From IMG/VR virus record IMGVR_UViG_3300028805_000046, positions 96,001 to 160,000 of that record: a DNA stretch of 64,000 nt; one strand, 5' to 3'. This DNA comes from a virus. Its lineage: Duplodnaviria; Caudoviricetes. How positions within the stretch are numbered: position 1 is the first letter of the stretch; each line of letters begins with the position of its first letter. The notes below the pieces were generated by a model, which saw only the letters and a list, made by a program, of their open reading frames with translations, had not been told where the DNA came from and searched no databases. Below are positions 8,890 to 18,158 of this stretch, in pieces. The position numbers and the translations under genes were made by a program.

Positions 8890-10440
8890 ATGATAACAAA
8901 CATTATTAAGCGAGACGGCAGAAAGAAGAAATTTTCTATCACCAAGATCTCAAACGCAATTACCGCTGCATTTAACGAATCTGGGGAGAAATTTGATTCT
9001 GATGTCATTGATGGACTTGTAGACGCTGTTGTTGACCAACTTGAAAAGAAAGGTAGCAAGACAGTAAAGGTTGAAGAAGTACAGAATGTGATTGAAAACA
9101 CAATCATGGAATCTGGCTATCAGCAGACCGCAAAACGTTACATTCTCTATCGTGATGAAAGAAACCGTGTTCGTGACACAAACTCCGCGATTATCTCGAC
9201 CATTCGTGAAATCACTGAATCTGACATCAAGTCATCAAATATCTTGCGTGACAATGCAAACGAATCTGGCGCTACTCCTGCTGGTGCATTTGGTAAGATT
9301 GCATCTGAAACCAACAAGATGTACAATCTCTTGAACAAGATCAACAGAAAGTATGCTCAAGAACATAAAGATGGCTACATTCATATTCACGACTTGAACC
9401 AGTATAACTTGACATTCAACTGCTTGTTCGCTCCTGTAAAGAAGCTTCTTCTTTCTGGCTTTGACTCAGGCACTGGATATCTTCGTTCTCCATCTAGCAT
9501 TGAGACCGCTGCTGCCCTTACTGCTGTAATTTTGCAGTTGCAGTCAAATCAGCAGTTTGGTGGAATTGCTGATGACAACCTTGACTTCGATCTTGCACCG
9601 TTCGTTGACCGTTCATTCCGCGAGAACCTCGCTCATGAACTTAACAGGATTGCTAATCGTTCAACAACTGGCGAATATACAGAATTTAAGGGTAACTGGA
9701 AACAAGACCACAAGACGTTCGTGAAGATTCTAGAGAATAGAGGCATTTCAATGAATAGCCCGACTGCAGTTCTCTATAAGTACTTCCCGACTTACGCAGT
9801 TGATGATGCGATAGACCAGACTGATATGGACACTCATCAGGCCATGGAAGGTCTTATTGGTAACCTTAACTCCTTGCAGTCTCGCTCAGGAAACCAAGTT
9901 CCGTTCTCGTCATTGAACTTTGGTCTTGACACTTCTAACTGTGGACGAATGGTCTCCAAGAACCTTATTCGTTCTCAAATGGAAGGTCTCGGCGATGGAT
10001 TGACTGCAATCTTCCCAATCTTGATTTTCAAGTTAATGAAAGGCTACACTAAGAATCCTGAAGATCCTAACTATGACCTTTACCTTGACTCTATCAAGTG
10101 CTTGGCAAGAAGATTCTATCCGAACTTCATTTCAGTAGACAGCTCGTTCAATAAGCCTTATGTAAAGTATAGAACTACTGACATCAACTTGTCTAATTTC
10201 CCGGCTATCTTCGCAAAGGTCCGTGGAAAGGACGAAACGAAGGATTTGCCTACTTCCGTAAATCAGGACTTTGGAACTCCGATTTATGAATTTGAACTCA
10301 AGCCTGGCGAATGGTGGGAAATTACAAGAATTGAGAATAGCGTCCTTTATCTCCGTCGTTTGATTGAGAACACTACTGTTTCTGCTATGGGATGCGCCGA
10401 TGGCGAGGAAACTGTAAAAATCAGAGTAAACGGCAAGTAA
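8890..10440 (+). CDS. nrdD: Class III anaerobic ribonucleotide reductase, N-terminal half (ATP cone), fused to a 15-aa split-intein N-fragment
   Basis: IIKRDGR ATP cone, NANE, GYIHIHDL, FNC, QFGG, SRSGNQVPFSS, IFPI, RRFYPNF. Ends SAMG-CADGEETVKIRVNGK-stop. Confidence 0.95.
   Translation: MITNIIKRDGRKKKFSITKISNAITAAFNESGEKFDSDVIDGLVDAVVDQLEKKGSKTVKVEEVQNVIENTIMESGYQQTAKRYILYRDERNRVRDTNSAIISTIREITESDIKSSNILRDNANESGATPAGAFGKIASETNKMYNLLNKINRKYAQEHKDGYIHIHDLNQYNLTFNCLFAPVKKLLLSGFDSGTGYLRSPSSIETAAALTAVILQLQSNQQFGGIADDNLDFDLAPFVDRSFRENLAHELNRIANRSTTGEYTEFKGNWKQDHKTFVKILENRGISMNSPTAVLYKYFPTYAVDDAIDQTDMDTHQAMEGLIGNLNSLQSRSGNQVPFSSLNFGLDTSNCGRMVSKNLIRSQMEGLGDGLTAIFPILIFKLMKGYTKNPEDPNYDLYLDSIKCLARRFYPNFISVDSSFNKPYVKYRTTDINLSNFPAIFAKVRGKDETKDLPTSVNQDFGTPIYEFELKPGEWWEITRIENSVLYLRRLIENTTVSAMGCADGEETVKIRVNGK
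10393..10437 (+). mobile_element. Split intein N-fragment (IntN, 15 aa) in NrdD
   Basis: Block A-like CADGEETVKI starts exactly where the conserved MG|CRT Cys is expected. Confidence 0.85.
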
Positions 10441-10443
10441 TTC

Positions 10444-10567
10444 ATTTATGCAGGGACAGACTAATATGCTTTCCATAAGTTTGACGCATTTTCCGGATGC
10501 GTCTAACCTGCATTTTATAAATAATCTGAGAACCGGAAATTCTCTTTTTATTTTAAAGGAAAGCACA
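10444..10567 (+). promoter_or_regulatory. Structured RNA leader (copy B), same architecture as 5420..5533, late promoter at 10516-10523
   Basis: P1 ATGCAGG/CCTGCAT. P2 loop GCTTTCC versus SD region GGAAAGC. P3 GACGCAT/ATGCGTC with loop TTTCCGG. P4 GAGAA/TTCTC with loop CCGGAAA. Confidence 0.85.
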
Positions 10568-11233
10568 ATGAATTATCAGCATTTATACGATATGCTTTGT
10601 GAAAAGGCATATAATCGTTTTTCTGATTTTTATATTAGATCTTCTAGTTTAAGAATCGTCAAATCAATCATTTACAGAGAAACAGACTACAAATATCTTG
10701 AAGCTCATCATAAGTTACCTAAATGTGATGGTGGTTTAGATGAACTTTCAAATTTAGTGTTTTTTACTCCTAAAGAACATATAGTTGCTCATCATTTACT
10801 TTTTAAAGCACAGCCTACACCAAAACATGCACAAGCCTGGCATTTACAATCGCATTCTTCAAAATCCGGTTTACAGATTAAACTTACTGCTAAAGAATTT
10901 GAAGAAACAAGAAAAATAAACGCGGAAAATGCAAGAAAACAAATTTATGAAACAAATAGAAAAATGCGTGAAAGCGGTCGCAGATTTGGTGAAGGCAATT
11001 CTATGTATGGACGAATCTGGTACACAAATGGAATTAAAAACATTATATTAAAACCTTCTGATATTGTTCCAGATGGATTCTATAAAGGTAGATTGAATGT
11101 TGTTCCAAAAGATAAACATAAATCAACAACTGGAATGTGTTGGTATAATGATGGTACTATAAATAAAATGTTCAAAGAAACTGATAACATACCGTTAAAT
11201 TTTCAAAAAGGAATGCTAAAATGCAAGAAATAA
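10568..11233 (+). CDS. Free-standing HNH homing endonuclease with NUMOD-type DNA-binding repeats
   Basis: MNYQHLY…EAHHKLPKCDGG.D..SNLV..TPKEH..AH.LL; GEGNSMYG; two WY.N/DG repeats. Start placed at 10568 after the AAAGGA SD. Confidence 0.9.
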   Translation: MNYQHLYDMLCEKAYNRFSDFYIRSSSLRIVKSIIYRETDYKYLEAHHKLPKCDGGLDELSNLVFFTPKEHIVAHHLLFKAQPTPKHAQAWHLQSHSSKSGLQIKLTAKEFEETRKINAENARKQIYETNRKMRESGRRFGEGNSMYGRIWYTNGIKNIILKPSDIVPDGFYKGRLNVVPKDKHKSTTGMCWYNDGTINKMFKETDNIPLNFQKGMLKCKK

Positions 11234-11634
11234 AATTCAAAGACATGTGGGATCAATTTAGTCAAGAATATGAAGTTCAGCGATATTCTGAAATTTCTGA
11301 ATTCATTGACCTTGAGCCTTATGATGTTGAAATCTTTGATAATGCACTTCAGGATTATGTAAAGTGCAAGAAACTTATAAAGAATCATCAGGTCACCAAT
11401 TGGACAGAAGTATCATTCTCTAATGGTAAAGTTCTTCGCTTGACCGATGACCATCCTCTTTACCTTGAACGCGGAAGAACTTATGTTCGTGACGTTGAGG
11501 AAGGCGACAAAATCAGATATCTTGACACAATCGTTGAAGTTACTGAAGTTCGTTATGTAGAACGAGTTGCTGACTCTTATGACGTGGAGACTGTTTCTGA
11601 CCGTTTTGAACTATCTGGCTTTAACTCTGGAAAC
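11221..11634 (+). mobile_element. Split intein C-fragment (IntC, 138 aa)
   Basis: Block B TxxH, block F YDVET, terminal Asn followed by Cys+1; has its own AAAGGA SD. Confidence 0.88.
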
Positions 11635-12651
11635 TGCCGCACAAGAGTCCTTGGTAACGTCAATGGCACTGAGCAGACCACGGGTAGGGGAAACCTTGCT
11701 TTCCACACCATCAACTTGCCAAGACTTGCTATTGAAGCACATATCAAGGAAACTGATGAAGAAGCTAGAAAGGAATTCTTCTTCAAGCGTCTTGACGAAA
11801 TTCTTGAAGATGTAAAGGGTTCATTGATTGACAGATTCATTCTTATCAGCAAGAAGACCTTTGAAAATTATCCGTTTACTATGCAGCAAGGTCTTTACCT
11901 TACTTCTGATGATACTAAACATCAGATTACTGATACTGTTGCAGAAATCCTTAAGCAGGGTACTTTGTCAATCGGATATGTTGGTCTTGCAGAAACAATG
12001 ACCCTTTTGACTGGAAAGACTTATGGCGTGGATCACGACATTGATAAGTTGGCGTTCTCCGTCGTTAAGCGCATTCGTGATTTCTGCGACAAGACACAGA
12101 AAGAAACCAAGCTTAACTGGTCATGCTTTGCTACTCCTGCTGAAGCGACCGCCGGAAGATTCGCAAATATTGACAAGAATAAGTTCCAGCATGAAAAGAA
12201 ACTAAAGGATGTTGACCTTCAGCGCATTTTCGGTAAAGGCTACTATACTAACTCGCACATGATTGACTTCTCTTTGCCTACTTCATTGCAGAATAAGATC
12301 GCTACTGAAGCGCCGTTCCACAAGATCACAAACGCTGGACATATTTTCTACTATAAAATGAACGGTGACCTTACACAGAACCCTGAAGCAGTGAAGAAGG
12401 TCATTGACACAATGTATGACGGCGACCTTGGATATTTCACTATCACGATGGATTCTGACGACTGCCTTGAATGTGGTTACCACGGAATCATCAATGACGG
12501 TGGCTGTCCAAAATGTGGAAACAAGAATGAAGACAAGATTGTTCGAGTTCGTCGCATTACTGGATATTTGACAGGTTCGCCACGTAAATCTATAACTAAA
12601 TCATGGAATGACGGCAAACTTGCTGAACTTAGAGATAGACAGAACACCTAA
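11221..12651 (+). CDS. nrdD: Split-intein C-fragment fused to the NrdD C-terminal half (glycyl-radical domain)
   Basis: Intein blocks LTDDHPL and SYDVET…SGN, then CRTRV, GRGNL, TINLPR, TPAE, YYTNS, CxxC…CPKCG, RRITGYL. Confidence 0.95.
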   Translation: MQEIKFKDMWDQFSQEYEVQRYSEISEFIDLEPYDVEIFDNALQDYVKCKKLIKNHQVTNWTEVSFSNGKVLRLTDDHPLYLERGRTYVRDVEEGDKIRYLDTIVEVTEVRYVERVADSYDVETVSDRFELSGFNSGNCRTRVLGNVNGTEQTTGRGNLAFHTINLPRLAIEAHIKETDEEARKEFFFKRLDEILEDVKGSLIDRFILISKKTFENYPFTMQQGLYLTSDDTKHQITDTVAEILKQGTLSIGYVGLAETMTLLTGKTYGVDHDIDKLAFSVVKRIRDFCDKTQKETKLNWSCFATPAEATAGRFANIDKNKFQHEKKLKDVDLQRIFGKGYYTNSHMIDFSLPTSLQNKIATEAPFHKITNAGHIFYYKMNGDLTQNPEAVKKVIDTMYDGDLGYFTITMDSDDCLECGYHGIINDGGCPKCGNKNEDKIVRVRRITGYLTGSPRKSITKSWNDGKLAELRDRQNT

Positions 12652-12672
12652 TTGATTACTTTGTTTTAAACT

Positions 12673-12698
12673 GGAGCCGTGGAAACGGCTCCTTTTTT
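12673..12698 (+). terminator. Intrinsic terminator after nrdD
   Basis: GGAGCCGT-GGAA-ACGGCTCC followed by T6. Confidence 0.9.
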
Positions 12699-12728
12699 AG
12701 TCTTTAGAAAAAATGTAAAAATTGCCCA

Positions 12729-12757
12729 TTGACATTTGCTTTCAATTATTTTATTTT
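12729..12757 (+). promoter_or_regulatory. Sigma70-like promoter
   Basis: TTGACA-N17-TATTTT. Confidence 0.65.
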
Positions 12758-12807
12758 TTCGCCTGAAGAAAAAAGACAAGAATAAATAACTCAGAAAGGA
12801 GAAAAAA

Positions 12808-15800
12808 ATGAAAAGACTAATGATTCTTGTTATGGCTTTCATCTTAGCTGCGGTAGGCGCACCAGTGGAGCCTTTCAGCTACGGCGACGTAGTAGACAAT
12901 CAAAAGCAGTATGAATACATGCTTCAATATAAGTTGTTCGGTGAAGATTATCTCAAGATTGGTAAGAACGACAACATCACCGACAAGTCAGGATGGAATG
13001 GTTCAGCGAACTACATTTCCATCAAAGATGAAGTTACTCTCGGTGGTCCAATTCTTGCAGGAACGACTATTTCAGCAGGCAACGGTCTCAAATCACTTAC
13101 TGGACCGATTATCGCAAAGTCATTTACGATGGGAAATGACAATGGCTCATATTTGCCTGGCACAATGTGCCTTGAAGACGTAAATGTATCGTCTACTGTC
13201 GAGACAATCGTAAAACGCTCTGAAGGCGTCATTGTAGACGCATGTCCACTAGAAGCAGATCCGCCCGTTGACTTGTCTATTCCGACTATTTCATGGCCTG
13301 ACACAATTACGCAGTCTATCATAATTCAAGATAGAGAGAAAAAGATCATTGACATTCCAGATACTGACTATTATGACATCTATCTAAACAAAATCAGTAC
13401 TGGAACTGAAGATACTTTGTTTGTCAGAATGAAAGATGGTGGAACTATCACTAGATTCTTTGTCAAGGACGGAATTACTTTAGGAAACCATACGGTCATT
13501 AAAGTAATGTACCGAACTGCTGATGGCGACTCCATTCTTTCACAGGATAGATACCGCGGCAACCTCATGTTCTATACTACTAGCGATTTTACCTTAAAGA
13601 ACTCTGACAACAAGCAGGGCGCTTTACAAGGAACCTTCATATCTACGGCTAAAATCAGTCTTATCTCGAACATCAACTTCGCTGGACAGTTGATTGCGAA
13701 GGAACTTGAGATTGGTGACGATTTTGATGGTAAGAATTTCCGCTTCGTAAAGTTTGACCCTGACACAATTGATGTAAGACTTGATAAGTACGGCGGACTT
13801 CGTGAAAATGACACTACTGTAATTATCCCGATTGAGCTCTCTGACACAACTAACATCAATGTATTCTTCAACTACTGCTTTGACCTTAAGGACGGGGTGA
13901 CTGTCACTGACTTTAACATTCCGCCTGAGCTTCCGCTCTGTAACAATGGCGAGACAAAGGAAGCAGTAATTGCGATTGGCAGCAAAGTGCCTACTGAGCA
14001 GATTAAGATTAATGTCAAGAAAGACACTATCATTGAAAATGAATACTTGACAATGCGCATTGACAGTATCTCAGGCGCTATCCTGCCAAATGGTAAGACT
14101 GCCGGCGAATTGAGAATTAAGATCATTGATGCAGACTTCAGCAAAAAGCTTGGATTTGACTCCACAGCGGTTTACACATTCCCTGAGAATAAGCTCGGAA
14201 TTGTTGATACATTGAAGATCGTCAATTTCACAGATTCAGTAAGATTCCATCTTGACTCGGCATATACTGACCGATACAAGCTAGATTCAGTGACTGGTGT
14301 TTTGGAACTCGTCAAATATCCGCTTGACTTCGAGAAGAAACAGCTAGACTACATCGCAGTTTCTTTGACAGATACGAATGGATTGGTGGTTTATGACACA
14401 TTGAAGATTCACGTCATTGATGAAAATGAAAAACCAATCGTAAATGACCAGAATTTCGAGTTCTATGAGAACACAAAGCCTGGCTCTACTGTTGGTATCA
14501 TCAAATGGGAAGATCTTGACAACTTTGACGATTTCAGAAACAACGTAATCTTGCCGGTTGACTTGCCTGAAGAATTTAAGCTCCTTTCATCTGGCGCTGT
14601 ACAAGTAACCAAATGGCTAGACTTTGAGAAGGACCCACACGAGTTCACCTTTCGTGTTATCGTTAAAGATGGACTTGAAGATGCTCTGGCAGACACAGCC
14701 TCAATCACAATATCCTTGCTTAACCTTAATGAAGCACCTGTTTCTAAAGATACTACATTTAAGTTCCCTGAGAACAAAATTGGAACGGTGGGACAGATTG
14801 TTGCTTCCGATCCTGAAGGTAAGGATTTGACATATTCTATTGAAGAAGATGTGCCGTTTAAGATTGACGCAGATGGCAAGATCACGAATACGAAGGAGTT
14901 TGACTACGAAGACACAACTTCTTATACATTCACTGTTAATGTAAGTGATGATTCATACATTACTCCTGTCACAGTGACTGTTCAGATTACGAATGTCAAT
15001 GAGCCTGTTCATGCAAATGACACTACGTTCACTGTGCCTGAATACAAGAAAGGCGACATTGGTAAAGTGACTGCCTGGGATGAAGACAAGACTCCTGTTC
15101 AGTTCTCGGTAACCGATACTTCTAAGTACTCGATTGATAAGACTGGCAACTTGTTCTTGAAAGAGCCTTATGACTATACGAAGACAAAAGCAGACACTGT
15201 GGAAGTCATCGCTACTGATGGAACATTCAGTGATACTGCTAAGGTGATTGTTAAAGTAACCAATGTGAATGATCCTCCAGCGCTTCAACCAAACGATACT
15301 TTGGCCGTTCCTGAAAACTGCAAGAACTGTCAAGTAGGCGTGATTGTGGCGACTGACAAGGATGGTGACCCTATTAAGTACAGTGTTATTGAGAAAGGAT
15401 TCACAATAGATTCCGCTGGCGTGCTTAAGGTGACTGAACCACTTGATTTTGAGAAGACCAAGAAAGTCTTGATTACAGTGACCGCAACAGATCCTTCTGG
15501 TGCTGCTGACACTGCGACTTACGTCGTAAAGGTCACTGACTTAAATGAAAAGGCTTGGGTCAAAGACACTACATTTACAGTCCCTGAAAATGACACTACC
15601 AGCTGGAAGGTCACAGGAGGTGACGAGGATGGAGACCATCTTAAATATTCTATCTCTGATAGTCTTACTTACGGTATCACTGATGTTGGCGTTATTACAA
15701 TAAAGAAACCGTTTGACTATGAGAAGAAAAACAAAGACACAGTGACTGTATATGTTGATGATGGAAGAGGATCTCGTGATTCTGCTAAGATTGTCATCAA

Positions 15801-17547
15801 TGTTAAAGATGTGCCTGAAAATCTTGAAATAACTGATATTGATGATAAGCCTAGACAGGATACTATCAGAACCAATAAGCCAGATCACAAGATTGACTAT
15901 AAAGAATGCGAAGGAGCTAAATGCAAGTACGAAGAAAAGCCAGTTGAAACTCATCACGACACAACTGTGACTATCTGTACTGTCAAAGGCACTTCCTGCG
16001 ATTCAGTCTTTATCTTGTTTAATGACAAGCCGCCGGTAGTTACTTTGTCAAAGCCAGACAACACAACTGACTACATTGACTACATCACTATTGAGGAAGA
16101 AAAGGACGACAAGATCTACATCAATAAAGCAGTAAATGAATTAACTGTTACTGTGGCTGACACTGTGCATCGCACAAAGGAGACGTTCCCAGTAACCGTA
16201 AATCTTGACACTGTGAAGAATGTAGCTAAGGAGATTAAAGATTACGATTACGTCATCAATGAAAAGCTAGCACAGTCCACTGACATTGGTGGAGGTCTAA
16301 TTGAAATGACTGAAGAAATCAATGGTGTGAAAGTGACTGTCTATCTTGATGCAAAGACAAATAAGAGAAAGGACACTACTCAGACAATTTCTTACACCAA
16401 GAAAATTGGTGGAAAGGAAGTAACTATCTCTTACATCACTGATGATTTCGGTCAGCGAGTATCTAACTACTTTGTTTCATACAAGACTGACGATGCGACT
16501 ACTGTAACTTACGCCCTTGATGACAAGAAGAAGATCATTAAGAATAAAGACAACAACATCGCATACGAAATCAAGTATGAATATCTTGATGCCTTCGGCA
16601 ATAAGGCAGCTGCCCAAATAGATGTAGTCTTTGACAACATTCCGCCGGTAGTCGAGATTCTTAAACCTACGAAAGATGAAACAGTCAACAGAAATTCAGT
16701 CGCGGTAAAGTGGACAGTAAATGGAGAAGTTCAAGATACTTTGACATTGCAGCGACTTGAGCGTGGACTCAACAAAGTCATTAGACGATATGTTGATAAA
16801 GCCGGCAACGCTGCTGCTGACACGGTATTCGTATTCATGAAGGAAGCAAAGGACATTGACATTGAACTCATCAATCCTGTAACAAGAATAGACCAAGACA
16901 AAGTTGATGAATACTATAAAGATCATAAGTACGATAGAAAGAATCCAGCGACTGTTCAGACAGTAGGTGAAAATGACACTATTCCTGAACCAATCGGAAT
17001 TGGATTTAAGGTTGACATTCGTCTTCCTTCTGCATCGCCTACTGGCGGTCTAGCTACTCTTGATGACATCGTCCGAAATGGTCAGATTCCAGTTGATGAC
17101 AATGGAAATGTAGTAGGCGCTTCTACTATCACCATTCCAGTTTCACAATACGTTGATGAACACTGCACTGATGATTTCAAGAAGGACTATAAGAAGAATG
17201 GTCTGAATGTTCCATTGTATGATGTAACTTACAGCCTTCACTTGTGGGTCTATACAACTACTGCAAACTTCGTAAATGACTTCAAAGTTGATTACAAGTT
17301 GAATGATGAAACGAATGTAACTTCTGCTGGCACCGTTCAGATGGTTATTGACTGGATGTCAGATACTGATGGACACGTCAAGGCAAAGAATGGACATGCC
17401 CTTGGAACTGGTTCTTACATAACTAAGCTTTTCAGTACTTCTGATGCAAGACATCGCTGCGACTTCCAGAATACAAAGAAAGGCAAAAGAACAGTTCGGA
17501 AAGACGAATCTACTAAAGTATTCGGATATAAGAGACCTAACAAGTAA
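12808..17547 (+). CDS. Secreted cadherin-repeat surface protein (Fibrobacter-like adhesin)
   Basis: Signal peptide MKRLMILVMAFILAAVG; about 6 cadherin repeats (PEN…A.D.D…LDFE…V.D.NE.P); Ig-like domains; C-terminus …GTGSYI.K…FGYKRP. Confidence 0.85.
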   Translation: MKRLMILVMAFILAAVGAPVEPFSYGDVVDNQKQYEYMLQYKLFGEDYLKIGKNDNITDKSGWNGSANYISIKDEVTLGGPILAGTTISAGNGLKSLTGPIIAKSFTMGNDNGSYLPGTMCLEDVNVSSTVETIVKRSEGVIVDACPLEADPPVDLSIPTISWPDTITQSIIIQDREKKIIDIPDTDYYDIYLNKISTGTEDTLFVRMKDGGTITRFFVKDGITLGNHTVIKVMYRTADGDSILSQDRYRGNLMFYTTSDFTLKNSDNKQGALQGTFISTAKISLISNINFAGQLIAKELEIGDDFDGKNFRFVKFDPDTIDVRLDKYGGLRENDTTVIIPIELSDTTNINVFFNYCFDLKDGVTVTDFNIPPELPLCNNGETKEAVIAIGSKVPTEQIKINVKKDTIIENEYLTMRIDSISGAILPNGKTAGELRIKIIDADFSKKLGFDSTAVYTFPENKLGIVDTLKIVNFTDSVRFHLDSAYTDRYKLDSVTGVLELVKYPLDFEKKQLDYIAVSLTDTNGLVVYDTLKIHVIDENEKPIVNDQNFEFYENTKPGSTVGIIKWEDLDNFDDFRNNVILPVDLPEEFKLLSSGAVQVTKWLDFEKDPHEFTFRVIVKDGLEDALADTASITISLLNLNEAPVSKDTTFKFPENKIGTVGQIVASDPEGKDLTYSIEEDVPFKIDADGKITNTKEFDYEDTTSYTFTVNVSDDSYITPVTVTVQITNVNEPVHANDTTFTVPEYKKGDIGKVTAWDEDKTPVQFSVTDTSKYSIDKTGNLFLKEPYDYTKTKADTVEVIATDGTFSDTAKVIVKVTNVNDPPALQPNDTLAVPENCKNCQVGVIVATDKDGDPIKYSVIEKGFTIDSAGVLKVTEPLDFEKTKKVLITVTATDPSGAADTATYVVKVTDLNEKAWVKDTTFTVPENDTTSWKVTGGDEDGDHLKYSISDSLTYGITDVGVITIKKPFDYEKKNKDTVTVYVDDGRGSRDSAKIVINVKDVPENLEITDIDDKPRQDTIRTNKPDHKIDYKECEGAKCKYEEKPVETHHDTTVTICTVKGTSCDSVFILFNDKPPVVTLSKPDNTTDYIDYITIEEEKDDKIYINKAVNELTVTVADTVHRTKETFPVTVNLDTVKNVAKEIKDYDYVINEKLAQSTDIGGGLIEMTEEINGVKVTVYLDAKTNKRKDTTQTISYTKKIGGKEVTISYITDDFGQRVSNYFVSYKTDDATTVTYALDDKKKIIKNKDNNIAYEIKYEYLDAFGNKAAAQIDVVFDNIPPVVEILKPTKDETVNRNSVAVKWTVNGEVQDTLTLQRLERGLNKVIRRYVDKAGNAAADTVFVFMKEAKDIDIELINPVTRIDQDKVDEYYKDHKYDRKNPATVQTVGENDTIPEPIGIGFKVDIRLPSASPTGGLATLDDIVRNGQIPVDDNGNVVGASTITIPVSQYVDEHCTDDFKKDYKKNGLNVPLYDVTYSLHLWVYTTTANFVNDFKVDYKLNDETNVTSAGTVQMVIDWMSDTDGHVKAKNGHALGTGSYITKLFSTSDARHRCDFQNTKKGKRTVRKDESTKVFGYKRPNK

Positions 17548-17569
17548 AGAAAGAAAATCATAAATTTTG

Positions 17570-17609
17570 AAAAGGTGGGGTTTACAAGACTCCGCCTTTT
17601 TATTATTTT
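17570..17609 (+). terminator. Intrinsic terminator overlapping a sigma70-like promoter (TTTACA-N17-TATTTT)
   Basis: AAAAGGTGGGGT/ACTCCGCCTTTT stem with the -35 hexamer at the loop. Confidence 0.75.
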
Positions 17610-17632
17610 TGAACTAACAAGGAGTTTAACCA

Positions 17633-18130
17633 ATGAACACTGATTTACAAAAAAGAATTTACGAAGCAACTGGAACTTTGATTAGAAAGGCAGCTTGCGG
17701 AGGCGGTCATCTTGACTGTTACACAAAAGACGGACGATGGGTTCGTTTCCGGCCTTTTGATTTTGACAAGAATAGGTTCAATGTAGAAATCTATAACATG
17801 GAAAGATGCTACCTTGAATGTCAAGTGCCTCTTACTGAGTCGGAACTTTGTGAGTGCATTAAAGACAATAAGATTCCCCGTCATGCTTTTATTGGTCAGA
17901 AAATCTCAATCAGTGAAAAATATTGGAAAGATGAACATCCAACCTTTTTGACTAAAGTCAGACGAGCATTCTTTCCTAGAAAAGATGAACATTGGCGTCC
18001 GGGCGATGTAACAACTATCCAATACCGCGGCATGACATTTAATGCCAAATGCGTTTATGTCTCTGAAGGATATGATGACTTGCTTTGCGGAAGTTCAGCA
18101 GCCGGAAGTGATTGGGAAATTTTAAGTTAA
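17633..18130 (+). CDS. Hypothetical protein
   Basis: AAGGAG SD after the promoter. Confidence 0.75.
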   Translation: MNTDLQKRIYEATGTLIRKAACGGGHLDCYTKDGRWVRFRPFDFDKNRFNVEIYNMERCYLECQVPLTESELCECIKDNKIPRHAFIGQKISISEKYWKDEHPTFLTKVRRAFFPRKDEHWRPGDVTTIQYRGMTFNAKCVYVSEGYDDLLCGSSAAGSDWEILS

Positions 18131-18158
18131 AGAAAAACACAGAAAATAGGAGAAACCT

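Noticed and set aside
10448-10567. N-terminal extensions given by the ORF track (HNH from 10448; also 26078, 51510, 63377, 24366)
   Set aside because: They run through regulatory RNA, promoters or neighbouring genes. Downstream ATGs have proper SDs, coupling or promoter spacing.
10441-11220. Group I intron interrupting nrdD, as in T4 nrdD
   Set aside because: Only ~127 nt are non-coding and I see no P3/P7 core. There is no non-coding 3' intron segment because the HNH ORF overlaps the downstream start. The nearest U|…G joins give a frameshift or a stop. The downstream half has its own SD and ATG.
12911-16926. Numerous 60-140 aa antisense and alternate-frame ORFs inside long genes, here and throughout the window
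   Set aside because: They are shadows of biased codon usage on the coding strand and have no SDs or recognisable motifs.
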